Shown: positions 40,520-50,460, counted from the stretch's first letter. The stretch: DNA of 64,000 nt from Longimicrobiales bacterium (GCA_965219445.1 CBDCNQ010000002.1:736001-800000); one strand, 5' to 3'. Notes: a model not told the origin generated them from the sequence alone. Numbers and translations are program-made.

Positions 40520-40921
40520 ATGCAACCAGCGGCGCAACGCACGAGCTCGAGTGGGCGCATTCTGATCGCCGACGACGAGCCTCATATCCGCCGTATCCTA
40601 CAGACCCTTCTCGAGATGGCTGGGTTCGAGGTCGATCTCAGGCACGATGGCCTCGATGCGCTCGAGGCGGTCCAAAGCAGTGATCACTACGATTTGATCC
40701 TTCTGGATATCATGATGCCCGGAGCCACCGGCCTGGAGGTCCTCGGAAAGATCCGTGAAATGGACGAGCGGAAATCCACGCCGGTCGTGATCCTCACCGC
40801 CAAGGGGCAGGACGCGGACCGGCAAGCCGCTTTCTCCCTGGGGGCGGACGACTTTCTCACGAAGCCCTTCAGCCCGAAGAAGCTCCTTGCCCGAATCCAC
40901 CAGATCATCGAAGGGGACTGA
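40520..40921 (+). CDS. Single-domain response regulator (receiver only)
   Basis: ILIADDE, LLDIMMPG, ILTA, GADDFLTKPF. Confidence 0.95.
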   Translation: MQPAAQRTSSSGRILIADDEPHIRRILQTLLEMAGFEVDLRHDGLDALEAVQSSDHYDLILLDIMMPGATGLEVLGKIREMDERKSTPVVILTAKGQDADRQAAFSLGADDFLTKPFSPKKLLARIHQIIEGD

Positions 40922-41987
40922 TCCTCACGTCTACGTCACGGTCCTCGCTGGCGGAATCGGCAGTCGCTTCTGGCCAGCAAGCACGCCAGGCCGGCCGAAG
41001 CAGTTACTTCCCCTCGCCTCCGATAAGCCTCTTGTCGTCGACACCGTAAACCGGGCTCTCGGTCTCGTAGCAGAAGAGCGGATCCGGATCCTCGCGTCCG
41101 ATCGCCTCAAGGAGCCGATCCTGGAGGTCTTGCCCAACCTCGGTCGTGAGGCATTCATGGTGGAGCCACAGGCGCGGGGCACCGGCCCTGTCCTCGCGTG
41201 GGCGGCATGGGAGATCGCCAAGGTCGACCCGGATGCGGTGATCATCTCACTCCACGCGGATCATATCATCAAGCCCGAGGCCACCTTCCTGGAGCTCTTG
41301 CGCGACGCCGCCGGCCTGGCCCAAGAGACCGGCCGCTTATTCACGGTTTCGATCCCGCCGAGCCGCCCTGAGACCGGTTACGGATACATCGAGCCTGGTG
41401 ACCCGCTCGTCGCACCCGCAGGCGTTCGCGCCTTCGCTGTCGGTGCGTTCCATGAAAAGCCCGACGTCGAGACGGCACACCGCTACATAGACGAAGGGCA
41501 CTTTTGGAACAGCGGCATCTTCGTCTGGACTGCGTCGGCCTTCTTGACTGAAGTGAGGACGGTGGCACCCGAGATCGGCGATCTCCTGCCGCTCATCGAT
41601 GGCGAATCCCCTGAGGCGTTTTTCGCACAGGTGCCCAACCTCACGGTCGATGTAGCGGTGCTGGAGCGGAGTGCGAGCGTGGCGTCTGTCGCGGCCACGT
41701 TCGATTGGGACGACGTGGGTAGCTGGGAGGGCCTCACGCGGAGCCGCGAGACGGATCCCAACGGAAACGTCGTCGTGGGTTCCGGCCACATCGTGGACGG
41801 GAAGAGAAACGTCGTCTATGCAGAAGGCGGCACAGTCGCGACGTTCGGTGTGGACGATCTGGTGGTCGTGCAATGCGGCGAAACCACTCTGGTCACCACG
41901 ACAGAGCGGGCACCCGACCTGAAGCGACTTCTCGAACAACTCCCCTCCTCGGTGCGTGAGCCGACGACCCCCGAGCGAAGTGCCTGA
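40887..41987 (+). CDS. manC: Mannose-1-phosphate guanylyltransferase (no isomerase domain)
   Basis: LAGGIGSRFWP.S....PKQLL, PETGYGYI, FHEKP, WNSGIF, WDDVGSW; start uncertain. Confidence 0.92.
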   Translation: MPESTRSSKGTDPHVYVTVLAGGIGSRFWPASTPGRPKQLLPLASDKPLVVDTVNRALGLVAEERIRILASDRLKEPILEVLPNLGREAFMVEPQARGTGPVLAWAAWEIAKVDPDAVIISLHADHIIKPEATFLELLRDAAGLAQETGRLFTVSIPPSRPETGYGYIEPGDPLVAPAGVRAFAVGAFHEKPDVETAHRYIDEGHFWNSGIFVWTASAFLTEVRTVAPEIGDLLPLIDGESPEAFFAQVPNLTVDVAVLERSASVASVAATFDWDDVGSWEGLTRSRETDPNGNVVVGSGHIVDGKRNVVYAEGGTVATFGVDDLVVVQCGETTLVTTTERAPDLKRLLEQLPSSVREPTTPERSA

Positions 41988-43231
41988 TGGCACTCATCCT
42001 GTTCGATGATGAACGGGCCCGCGCCTGGGCTCCTTTTTCCGTCACCCGGCCGGCCGGAGAGCTACTGTTCGGGTGTCTCACACTCCGTGAGCGCGCCGAA
42101 CGCTTCTGGGGAGAGGCCTGTGTTGGCCACGTCACGGATTCGCGGCTCGACGGATTTGCCGAACCTGGAGCCGCTCGGGTTCTCGATTCCGAGGCACTGG
42201 ATTCTGCGCTGGAAACCGGCACTGGGGTACCCCGAATTCTCTTCTCGAGTCGGGCAATCCCCGACTTCGCCCCCGCTCCTTCCGCCGACGAACCGGCGAT
42301 CCTGACCATCCAAAGCGAGATCGTCGGTTGGGTTCTTCCCGACGGGACAGATCCGCCGGACGAGAACGACATGTTGAACCCGGATGACTCCGCCACGGGT
42401 CTCCCGCAGATCGAGATCCCGGGCAGAGTCCTGCCGAACATCTGGGATCTGATGACCGGTAATGGGGAGCAAGTGTGCTCCGACGTGCCCGTTCTCTTTC
42501 CCGAGAGCCGGTTCACGTTGCCCGAGGGGGTACACGTCTCCGGGGCCGAACGAGTGTCACTGGGAGAGCACGTGCACCTGGAGGCGAGTGTTCATTTGGA
42601 CGCCACCGATGGGCCCATCCGCCTATCGGACGGCGCTCGCATTTCAGCCTTTACACGGTTGGCCGGGCCCGCATTCGTAGGGCCCGAGACGCACCTCCTC
42701 GGTGGCTCACTTGGAAACGTCACGATCGGGCCCGCCTGTCGCGTCAGAGGTGAGGTTTCCGGCACGGTCTTTCTGGGTTACGCCAACAAAGCCCACGAGG
42801 GGTATGTCGGCCAAGCGTACCTAGGCAGATGGGTGAACCTCGGCGCCCTCACTACGAACAGCGACCTCAAGAACAACTACGGCACGGTACGGGTTCATAC
42901 GGCCGAAGAACCCGTGGATACTGGACTCCTCAAGGTCGGATGCTTCTTGGGCGATCACGTGAAGACAGGCATCGGCACGTTGCTCCCGACGGGCTGTGTC
43001 GTAGGTGTGGGTAGTAATCTCTTCGGTGGCCTCATGGCCCCTGCCCGCGTCCCCCCGTTCAGTTGGTGTTCGGGCGACCAGCTCGAGGAGTACGAAATCG
43101 AGCACTTCCTGAACACCGCTGCACTCGCGATGTCTCGTAGGGAGGTGTCACTCGATGAGGGCAGCCGGATGTTGCTTCAGGGGGCGTGGGAGCGGACACG
43201 TCCGGAACGTGAAATGAGGGGACCGCAATGA
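41987..43231 (+). CDS. GlmU-like putative sugar nucleotidyltransferase with left-handed beta-helix
   Basis: PFSVTRP.GEL..G..TLRER, NKAHEGYVG, WVNLGA.TTNSDLKNNY, GDHVKTGIG. Confidence 0.85.
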   Translation: MALILFDDERARAWAPFSVTRPAGELLFGCLTLRERAERFWGEACVGHVTDSRLDGFAEPGAARVLDSEALDSALETGTGVPRILFSSRAIPDFAPAPSADEPAILTIQSEIVGWVLPDGTDPPDENDMLNPDDSATGLPQIEIPGRVLPNIWDLMTGNGEQVCSDVPVLFPESRFTLPEGVHVSGAERVSLGEHVHLEASVHLDATDGPIRLSDGARISAFTRLAGPAFVGPETHLLGGSLGNVTIGPACRVRGEVSGTVFLGYANKAHEGYVGQAYLGRWVNLGALTTNSDLKNNYGTVRVHTAEEPVDTGLLKVGCFLGDHVKTGIGTLLPTGCVVGVGSNLFGGLMAPARVPPFSWCSGDQLEEYEIEHFLNTAALAMSRREVSLDEGSRMLLQGAWERTRPEREMRGPQ

Positions 43232-43262
43232 GCGGTTCGCCAACTTCGAGGGCACCGCACCC

Positions 43263-44084
43263 ATGAAGGTCTGTGTTCTCGGAACCGGTAGCGCTGGTAA
43301 TGCAACGCTCGTCGAGGCGGGCGGGAGCAGGATCCTCGTCGACGCCGGGTTCAGCGGCCGAGAGCTGGAGCGGAGGCTTGGAGAGATCGGGCTGACTCCA
43401 GGGGCGGTCCATGCCATCGTGATCACGCACGATCATCGCGACCACACCCACGGGGCCGGCATCTTCAGCCGTCGTCATGGCACGCCGGTCTACATCACGG
43501 ATCGGACACGGGCCGCCTGTTCCGGGATTTTCCGCGGTAGCGAGCCCCTGAGGGCGTATCAGTCCGGTAGGACGTTCTCGATCGGAGCCATCCGGGTCGA
43601 GCCCTTCTTGACCGTGCACGATGCTGCGGATCCGGTAGCCGTGGCACTGGTGGACCGAAACACCGGAGCGCGGGTGGGAATCGCCATGGACCTGGGACGG
43701 CCCAACGCTCAGATTCGGCTTGCGCTCGAACACAGTGATTTCTTGATTCTTGAGTCCAACCACGACGAAGAACTCCTTCGGACGGGCCGGTATCCGGCAT
43801 CGTTGCAGCAGAGAATCGCCTCGAGCCACGGGCACCTGTCGAACCATGCCGCCGCCCGCTTCGCCTGTGAGCTTCTCCACCCTCGCCTTGCGGGCGTCCT
43901 CCTGGCGCACCTGTCCCAGGAATGCAATCGTCCGGAGTTGGCCTCGACCGTGGTCGGGGAGGCGTTACGCGGAGCGGGTTTCGAGGGATTCTTGGACGTC
44001 GCCCTTCAGGGTCAGCCCACCGACTTCATCGACATCGAAGAACTGCGACAGCGTACAGGCCCCGCACAATTCACGCTGCTCTAA
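43263..44084 (+). CDS. MBL-fold metallo-hydrolase (WalJ/YycJ-like)
   Basis: GSAGNA, THDHRDH, HDAADP, LESNHD, GHLSN, AHLSQECN. Confidence 0.9.
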   Translation: MKVCVLGTGSAGNATLVEAGGSRILVDAGFSGRELERRLGEIGLTPGAVHAIVITHDHRDHTHGAGIFSRRHGTPVYITDRTRAACSGIFRGSEPLRAYQSGRTFSIGAIRVEPFLTVHDAADPVAVALVDRNTGARVGIAMDLGRPNAQIRLALEHSDFLILESNHDEELLRTGRYPASLQQRIASSHGHLSNHAAARFACELLHPRLAGVLLAHLSQECNRPELASTVVGEALRGAGFEGFLDVALQGQPTDFIDIEELRQRTGPAQFTLL

Positions 44085-44101
44085 TGTGGTGTCGAAGGCC
44101 T

Positions 44102-45481
44102 CTAAATCCCTAACAGCCTCAGGAAGTCGTTGGACAGGGCCCAAAGCATGATCCCCATGATGACCAGGAATCCGACGTGACTCCACCTCATTCTCTGCTC
44201 CAAGGAAAGCGCCTTGCCGCGTATGGCCTCGATGCCGAGGAAAACGAGGTGGCCGCCATCCAGAATCGGAATGGGAAGCAAGTTGAGGATCGCAAGATTC
44301 ACCGAAAACAGAGCCATGAAACGGAGGAAGGTCTCCATCCCGAGTTGGGCAGCCTGCCCGGACGCGGCACCGATGGTCACGATGCTCCCCACCGATCGGG
44401 GCGACACTCCACCGGTCACCAGCTGGCCGAGAAAGCCCAGGATCATCCGAGTGGTTCTCACCGTTTCGGCGTAGCCAAGCTGGACGGCCTGGGTCAGCGG
44501 GACGTCTCGATGCAGCAACTCGGGTGCGGGGCCGATCCCGACCTTTCCCACGCTACGGCTCTCGCCGGTCACCGGATCGTCTTCGGTTTCAGCTTCCGGC
44601 GTCACATAGCGCGTGAGGGGCCGGCCGTCACGCTCCAAGGAAAGCTCCGTCCGAATACCCGGCCGTGCTTCGACGACATCCACGAAGTCGTACCAGCTGG
44701 TCATCGGCACGCCACCCGCGAGCAGCACCCGATCACCCGTCTCTAGCCCTCCCCTGTCCGCGGGCAACCCCGGGATCACGGTGCCCAACTCCGCATTCAG
44801 CCAGGGTGACAACCCCAGAAGGATCCGGCTCCTCGCTTGCGGGTCCGAAGAGACATCGATCTCGATCTCCACTCGGGGCTCGGCGGTGACAATCCTAAGC
44901 GAACCGGCTGGTGCCTCCAGGATGCCGTCTCGGACATCGCCCCAATGCTCTACCTGCCGTTCTCCGACCGTGATGAAGCGAGCTCCAGCGGGCAACTCGG
45001 CAAGCGCCTCCGCGCCGGGAGGCAGCAGCTCGGGCTGAACCCGGGCGATCCGAGTCTCGGCGAGTTCCTGTAGGCCCCACGCCGCGTTGACGCCGGTGTA
45101 CGCAACGAACGCGAATAGCATGTTCATGATCACTCCCGCGGAAATCACGAACGTCCTGGCCCATATGGGTTTGCCGTCGAAATCACTCGGCCGGGGTTTA
45201 CGAGGCTCATGGGCCGCCTCTCCCTCGGTCTTTCCCTCTGCCCCTCCCTCGAGCCGCTCCGTCACCTCGTCGTCCATCCCACCCATCTTCACGTATCCGC
45301 CGAGCGGTATCCAGCTTATCACGTACTCGGTTTCGCCTCTCTGAAAGCCGAAAATCGTCGGCCCCAACCCGATTGAGAAGCGCTGCACCTCGATGCCTAC
45401 AGACTTCGCCGCGAAGAAGTGGCCGAGTTCATGGACGAAAATGAGGACGCCAAGGAGGACGATCGTCGCAAGAATCGTCAT
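44102..45481 (-). CDS. rseP: RIP metalloprotease RseP
   Basis: HELGH, IPLGGYVKM, PDZ region, NLLPIPILDGGH. Confidence 0.96.
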   Translation of the reverse strand: MTILATIVLLGVLIFVHELGHFFAAKSVGIEVQRFSIGLGPTIFGFQRGETEYVISWIPLGGYVKMGGMDDEVTERLEGGAEGKTEGEAAHEPRKPRPSDFDGKPIWARTFVISAGVIMNMLFAFVAYTGVNAAWGLQELAETRIARVQPELLPPGAEALAELPAGARFITVGERQVEHWGDVRDGILEAPAGSLRIVTAEPRVEIEIDVSSDPQARSRILLGLSPWLNAELGTVIPGLPADRGGLETGDRVLLAGGVPMTSWYDFVDVVEARPGIRTELSLERDGRPLTRYVTPEAETEDDPVTGESRSVGKVGIGPAPELLHRDVPLTQAVQLGYAETVRTTRMILGFLGQLVTGGVSPRSVGSIVTIGAASGQAAQLGMETFLRFMALFSVNLAILNLLPIPILDGGHLVFLGIEAIRGKALSLEQRMRWSHVGFLVIMGIMLWALSNDFLRLLGI

Positions 45482-45567
45482 AGGGCCTCCGATATCCCTC
45501 TCGAGGGGCGGCCGCAGCCACCAACCCGCTCCATGCTTTTCACCTGACCTTCCTTTTTATCCGTGTC

Positions 45568-46740
45568 TCAGCCACTCGCCAGCGACCGATGTGAGCTTAC
45601 GAACTCACTGGCCGTGATTCGGGCGAGCTTATCTGACTCCAGTACGTCATCCACCGTCTCCACGTTCCGTTTCGGGATCGTCTCCAGGGCATGCCCCACC
45701 ACTTCCGGCATCTCGACAAATCGGATGTCCCGCGAGAGAAAGGCCTGCACTGCGACTTCGTTCGCGGCGTTGAAGACAGCAGGCGCGTTGCCTCCACGGA
45801 TTCCCGCTTCGACTCCGAGGGCGAAGAGCGCGAAGCGATCCCGATCGATCTCCTCGAACGTCAGCGGCGAAGACCGAATCGGATCGAACGTCCTGAGCGA
45901 AGCATCCGCGAGACGCTCCGGATGGGACAGCGCATACAGGATTGGCAATTCCATCGTCGGGAATCCGAGTTGCGCGAGCACCGAGCCGTCTGTGAACTCC
46001 ACAAAGGAGTGAACGATGGACTGGGGATGTACGATGGCCTCGATTTTTTCGTAGTCGATGCCGTAGAGAAAATGTGCCTCGATGACTTCCAATGCTTTGT
46101 TGGCCAGAGTGGCCGAGTCGACCGTGATCTTCGCGCCCATATCCCACGTCGGGTGGCGGAGCGCGTCTTCCGGCTCGACGCCCTCTAGCTCTCGCTGCTC
46201 GAGCCCGCGAAAAGGTCCGCCGGAGGCCGTCAGCACCAGACGTGCCACAGACTCGCGGTCTTGACCCTCCAGACACTGGAGAATGGCCGAGTGCTCGCTG
46301 TCGATCGGGATCAGCTCCCCGCCGCCCTCACGGGCCGCTTCGATCACGAGCGGCCCTCCCGCCACGAGCGACTCTTTGTTTGCCAAGGCCAGCCGCTTGC
46401 CGGCGCGGAGCGCCGCCAGAGTCGCCTCTAGACCCGCGGACCCGACGATGGCGTTGACCACCACATCGACATTCGCATCCTCAACGACTTCCAGCACCGC
46501 GGCGTGCCCGCTTCTCCACTCTGCCGTGGGAAGGTTGTCCAGGCCGTTCAGGGCCTCCGGGTCGGCGATCACAGCGACAGGTACGCTGTGTTCGACCACC
46601 TGAGCCGCGACATCAGCCACGGAGCTGCGCGCACAAAGCGCTACGACTTGAAAACGATCGGCATGGCGAGCAATCACCGACAGCGTGGCCCGGCCAATGG
46701 AACCGGGCGACCCGAGTATGGCGACCCTGGTCAAAGCCAT
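45568..46740 (-). CDS. dxr: 1-deoxy-D-xylulose-5-phosphate reductoisomerase
   Basis: LANKESLV, PIDSEHSA, TASGGPF, MGAKIT.DSAT, NAANE; ATG 46740. Confidence 0.97.
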   Translation of the reverse strand: MALTRVAILGSPGSIGRATLSVIARHADRFQVVALCARSSVADVAAQVVEHSVPVAVIADPEALNGLDNLPTAEWRSGHAAVLEVVEDANVDVVVNAIVGSAGLEATLAALRAGKRLALANKESLVAGGPLVIEAAREGGGELIPIDSEHSAILQCLEGQDRESVARLVLTASGGPFRGLEQRELEGVEPEDALRHPTWDMGAKITVDSATLANKALEVIEAHFLYGIDYEKIEAIVHPQSIVHSFVEFTDGSVLAQLGFPTMELPILYALSHPERLADASLRTFDPIRSSPLTFEEIDRDRFALFALGVEAGIRGGNAPAVFNAANEVAVQAFLSRDIRFVEMPEVVGHALETIPKRNVETVDDVLESDKLARITASEFVSSHRSLASG

Positions 46741-47603
46741 GGACGGATCAGGAGGAGGAGGGCATAGGTGAGCGGCACGGTGAAGAAAAGTGCATCCAAG
46801 CGATCGAGGACACCCCCATGGCCGGGGAGCAAACGGCCCGAGTCCTTCACCCCCGCATTGCGTTTGATCACCGATTCGGCGAGGTCGCCGACTTGTCCCG
46901 TAATGGCGATCGGAAGACTCAACGCCGCGCCTACCGGCCAAGAGAGGGCGAACTCGGGGACTTCCGAGAGCCAGAGCCGCGCGAACACGCCCCCAGCCAA
47001 GATAGAGCCCAGCAGCCCACCGATCGCCCCGACGACCGTCTTGTTCGGACTCACGGCCTCGATGAGCTTGGTCCTGCCCCAACGGGATCCGGAGCCATAG
47101 GCGAAGGTGTCGCCCCACCAGGTCACCCAGATGGGGAAAATGAGCAGCGCAGCACCGTGGAAAGCGCTCGCTCCATTGGAGACTTGCTCGGGAAGCGCCC
47201 GAAGTAGGACCCAGAACGACAGCGCTCCCCCGGTGTACAGGGCGCCCATGATCGTCCGGGACGCAGCGTCCAGCGGGCGGCCATCGGGCCAGCGAAGCCA
47301 GAGCGAGAGGGCGAGCGCCAACAGCGCGGTCCCCAGGACCAGCGCGAACGCCCAGGGAGCGAAGTCTCGATAGACGGAGTGGATCACCGCTATTAGTGGA
47401 AGCGCCCCGGCGAGCGTAACTCCCAGCCACCCGAACGCAGCCGTTTCGTCGGGTTTCAAACTGTAATACTCCCGAGCTCCCAGGGCCCCCGCTCCAGCCA
47501 TGAGGATCCCGAGAGGCCATCCACCCCGATAGATGATGAACGCCGCCAGGGGAATCCCGACGACGGCGACCGTCAGCCGGCTGCCTAGCTCTCCCCTCGG
47601 CAT
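46731..47603 (-). CDS. cdsA: Phosphatidate cytidylyltransferase
   Basis: DTFAY, SPNKT, GDLAES.IKR..GVKDSG.LLPGHGG.LDRLD. Confidence 0.97.
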   Translation of the reverse strand: MPRGELGSRLTVAVVGIPLAAFIIYRGGWPLGILMAGAGALGAREYYSLKPDETAAFGWLGVTLAGALPLIAVIHSVYRDFAPWAFALVLGTALLALALSLWLRWPDGRPLDAASRTIMGALYTGGALSFWVLLRALPEQVSNGASAFHGAALLIFPIWVTWWGDTFAYGSGSRWGRTKLIEAVSPNKTVVGAIGGLLGSILAGGVFARLWLSEVPEFALSWPVGAALSLPIAITGQVGDLAESVIKRNAGVKDSGRLLPGHGGVLDRLDALFFTVPLTYALLLLIRPWL

Positions 47604-47612
47604 TCTGCGGTC

Positions 47613-48359
47613 CTACCCAACCGTCACACGACCAAATCGACGATCGCGTTCTTGGAAATCCAAGACGGCCCGGAACAGGTCCTCTCTCGAAAAATCGGGC
47701 CATAGGACCGCAGCGATGTACAGTTCGGTGTACGCCACCTGCCAGAGCATGAAGTTGGAGAGACGGAATTCGTCCGAGGTGCGAATCAGGAGATCGGGAT
47801 CCGGAAGGCCCCTGGTGAACAGGGACGCCTCGAAAGTGGCTTCATCGAACTCCTCCGGTAGGAGGTCCCCGGAAGCCACCCGCTCGATCATCTGCTTGCA
47901 GGCTCTCAGAATCTCCTCCCGTCCCGAATAGGAGATCATGAGATTGAGACGCAAGTGTATCCCCCCGGCGGTCTCGGACGTGATGAAGTCCACCGACCTT
48001 CTCGTGGCCGCGTCGAGGGCATCCACGTCTCCCAACACATGAACCTCGCAGCCCTGCTCCTTGAGCCTACGGGTCTCCTTGGACACGTAGCGACGGAGCA
48101 AACTCATCAGCGCAAGCACTTCGGAGCGAGACCGCTGCCAGTTCTCGGTAGAAAACGCGAACAGCGTCAGGATCTCGATGCCGGCGTCGAGGGCGCCCTC
48201 GACCGACTCACGGACAGCTTCCATGCCCCGCTGGTGACCCACGGCACGCGGGAGGCCCCGCTGCTTAGCCCAGCGGCCGTTACCGTCCATGATGATTGCT
48301 ACGTGACGCGGAATTTGCCCGTTTAGGCGGATTCTTTGCAGTAATTCCGAAGACGTCAT
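47613..48359 (-). CDS. uppS: Undecaprenyl diphosphate synthase
   Basis: HVAIIMDGNGRWA, FSTENW.R, RLSNFMLWQ.AY.E. Confidence 0.97.
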   Translation of the reverse strand: MTSSELLQRIRLNGQIPRHVAIIMDGNGRWAKQRGLPRAVGHQRGMEAVRESVEGALDAGIEILTLFAFSTENWQRSRSEVLALMSLLRRYVSKETRRLKEQGCEVHVLGDVDALDAATRRSVDFITSETAGGIHLRLNLMISYSGREEILRACKQMIERVASGDLLPEEFDEATFEASLFTRGLPDPDLLIRTSDEFRLSNFMLWQVAYTELYIAAVLWPDFSREDLFRAVLDFQERDRRFGRVTVG

Positions 48360-48404
48360 AGTGACAACCGAGCCAGCCTAGTTGCGGCGAGAGATCGCCA
48401 GCAG

Positions 48405-48953
48405 CTAGAGGGCCATCACCTCCTTCTCTTTGTTCTCGAGCATCTCATCGATCCGTTTCGAGCAGGCGTCCGTCCGTTTCTGAATTTCATCCAGTTGACG
48501 GTGACCCTCATCCTCGCCGATCTCATGCTCTTTAATGGCCTGTTTCACCTCGTCGTTTCCGACCTTCCGCGCATGGCGCAGTGAAACCTTGCCGTCCTCC
48601 GCCATTTGGTGCAGGATCTTCACGAATTCCTTCCGGCGTTCCTCGTTCAAGGGGGGGACCGGAATCCGGATGATATTTCCGTCGTTCGCGGGATTGAAAC
48701 CGAGATCCGCCATCAAAATGGCGCGCTCGATGTCGGGCAAGAGCGTCTTGTCGAAGGGCTGGACGACCAAGAGCGATGCCTCCGGCGTGCCGACGGTGGC
48801 CACCTGATTCAACGGCATCTTGGACCCATAGGCATCGACCTTGACGGTATCGAGCAACGCCGGCGTGGCCTTACCCGTGCGCACCGTCGAGAACTCCCGA
48901 CGCACAGCGTCGACCGCCTCTTCCATCCGTACGTCGGCTTCATCCAACGGCAT
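48405..48953 (-). CDS. frr: Ribosome recycling factor
   Basis: RTGKA.P.LLD, NP.NDG..IR...PPL.EERRKE, KEKEVM. Confidence 0.98.
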   Translation of the reverse strand: MPLDEADVRMEEAVDAVRREFSTVRTGKATPALLDTVKVDAYGSKMPLNQVATVGTPEASLLVVQPFDKTLLPDIERAILMADLGFNPANDGNIIRIPVPPLNEERRKEFVKILHQMAEDGKVSLRHARKVGNDEVKQAIKEHEIGEDEGHRQLDEIQKRTDACSKRIDEMLENKEKEVMAL

Positions 48954-49006
48954 GACTACCCCATCGCATCAGGTTGACCTCCGGATCGGGACGCCGCGGG
49001 GGAGGC

Positions 49007-49747
49007 TCATGATACCAATGTGCCGACCCGATCTCCCCGAATGGCGGCCGAAACAGCCCCCTGATCCTCGAGATTGAGGACGATTATCGGAAGGTCGTTT
49101 TCCCGGCAAAGAGAAACGGCCGCGGCATCCATGACAGCCAGCTCCCGCTGCACAACCTCTTGAAAAGTAATGGACGGGATGAACTCTGCCGAGGGGTCCT
49201 GCGTAGGGTCTGCACTGTAAACCCCCTTGACTTTCGTGGCTTTGATGACGACCTGAGAGCCCATTTCGATCGCTCTCAGCGCCGCAGCCGTATCGGTCGA
49301 AAAGTACGGATTTCCGGTCCCTCCAGCGAAGAGCACGACCCTTCCCTTCTCCATATGCCGCAGAGCCCGCCGCCGGATATAGGGCTCCGCGACCTCCTCC
49401 ATACGGATCGCAGTCATGACCCGCGTCGCAACCTTCTTGTGCTCGAGCAAATCCTGGACCGCTAGAGCGTTGATAACGGTAGCCAACATCCCCATGTAAT
49501 CCGCCTGGACCCTGTCCATCCCCTTCTGGCTGGCCAGCGCCCCCCGCACGATGTTGCCCCCCCCAATGACCACGCCAAGGCTAACGCCCATCTCGTGCAC
49601 GGCCATTATTTCGTTCGTGAGCAAGTCCACTACGGACGGCTCGATGCCGAACCCTTGCGTCCCGGCCAATGCTTCGCCGGACAGCTTGAGTAAGACCCTC
49701 CCGTACTTCGGATCCTTGGTCACACCCTTCCCGGTTCTCGGATTCAC
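49007..49747 (-). CDS. pyrH: UMP kinase
   Basis: [36 protein letters not shown] overlaps the tsf stop. Confidence 0.98.
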   Translation of the reverse strand: MNPRTGKGVTKDPKYGRVLLKLSGEALAGTQGFGIEPSVVDLLTNEIMAVHEMGVSLGVVIGGGNIVRGALASQKGMDRVQADYMGMLATVINALAVQDLLEHKKVATRVMTAIRMEEVAEPYIRRRALRHMEKGRVVLFAGGTGNPYFSTDTAAALRAIEMGSQVVIKATKVKGVYSADPTQDPSAEFIPSITFQEVVQRELAVMDAAAVSLCRENDLPIIVLNLEDQGAVSAAIRGDRVGTLVS

Positions 49748-50352
49748 TCACCCACCTTGAAACGCATAAACCGTCCAACTTCTATTTTTTCCCCGGTCTT
49801 GGCCGAAATCTCGGTGATCAACTCTCCGACCGTCTGATCGGGATTCTTCACGAAGGGCTGTGCAAGAAGCGTGCTCTCCTTGAAGAATTTGTTGAGTTTA
49901 CCCTCGACGATTTTCTCCGCGATGTTGGCAGGCTTATCCTCCTCCTTCACCTGCTCCGTATAGACTTTTCGCTCGCGCGCGACCACGTCCTCGGGAATAT
50001 CCTCCGGACTTACAGAAATGGGCGCCTGAGACGCGATGTGCAACGCGACGTCCTTGGCCAACCCCTGGAAATCGTCAGTCTTGGCTACGAAATGGGTCTC
50101 GCAGTTCAACTCGACGAGGACCGCAGTCCGGTTATCAAAGTGGACGTACGATCCGATCGTACCCTCGTTGGCCGACTTCTCCGCGCGCTTCGCGGCCTTC
50201 GCCGCTCCCTTCGCCCTCAACAAGTCGATGGCCGCTTCTATGTCCCCATCGGTCTCGGTCAAGGCCCTCTTGCAATCCATCATGCCGGCACCGGTACGGT
50301 CCCGGAGGGCCTTCACGTCTTTTGCAGAAATCGACATCGTGTTGTCCGTCAC
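49744..50352 (-). CDS. tsf: Elongation factor Ts (short form)
   Basis: [40 protein letters not shown]; alternative ATG 50337. Confidence 0.98.
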   Translation of the reverse strand: MTDNTMSISAKDVKALRDRTGAGMMDCKRALTETDGDIEAAIDLLRAKGAAKAAKRAEKSANEGTIGSYVHFDNRTAVLVELNCETHFVAKTDDFQGLAKDVALHIASQAPISVSPEDIPEDVVARERKVYTEQVKEEDKPANIAEKIVEGKLNKFFKESTLLAQPFVKNPDQTVGELITEISAKTGEKIEVGRFMRFKVGE

Positions 50353-50378
50353 TCACTCAGTTTGATGGGTCCACCTAC

Positions 50379-50413
50379 AAAAAAAAGGCGGGAGCCCGCA
50401 ACTGCTCCGCCTC
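50379..50413 (-). terminator. Intrinsic terminator-like hairpin between rpsB and tsf
   Basis: Minus strand AGGCGGAGC...GCTCCCGCC followed by T8; second hairpin at 50418-50436. Confidence 0.7.
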
Positions 50414-50460
50414 TCTCCGCCCCCACCGCGGGGGCGTGAACACTGCGGTCGCCAGGATCC

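Noticed and set aside
46741..47703. 321-aa N-terminal extension of DXR in the ORF track
   Set aside because: Alternate frame over cdsA; real start is ATG 46740
13832..50094. Genetic-code reassignment or RNA editing as cause of motif anomalies
   Set aside because: Different codons and base changes are involved, and His, Pro, Tyr and Asp codons translate normally in conserved motifs elsewhere
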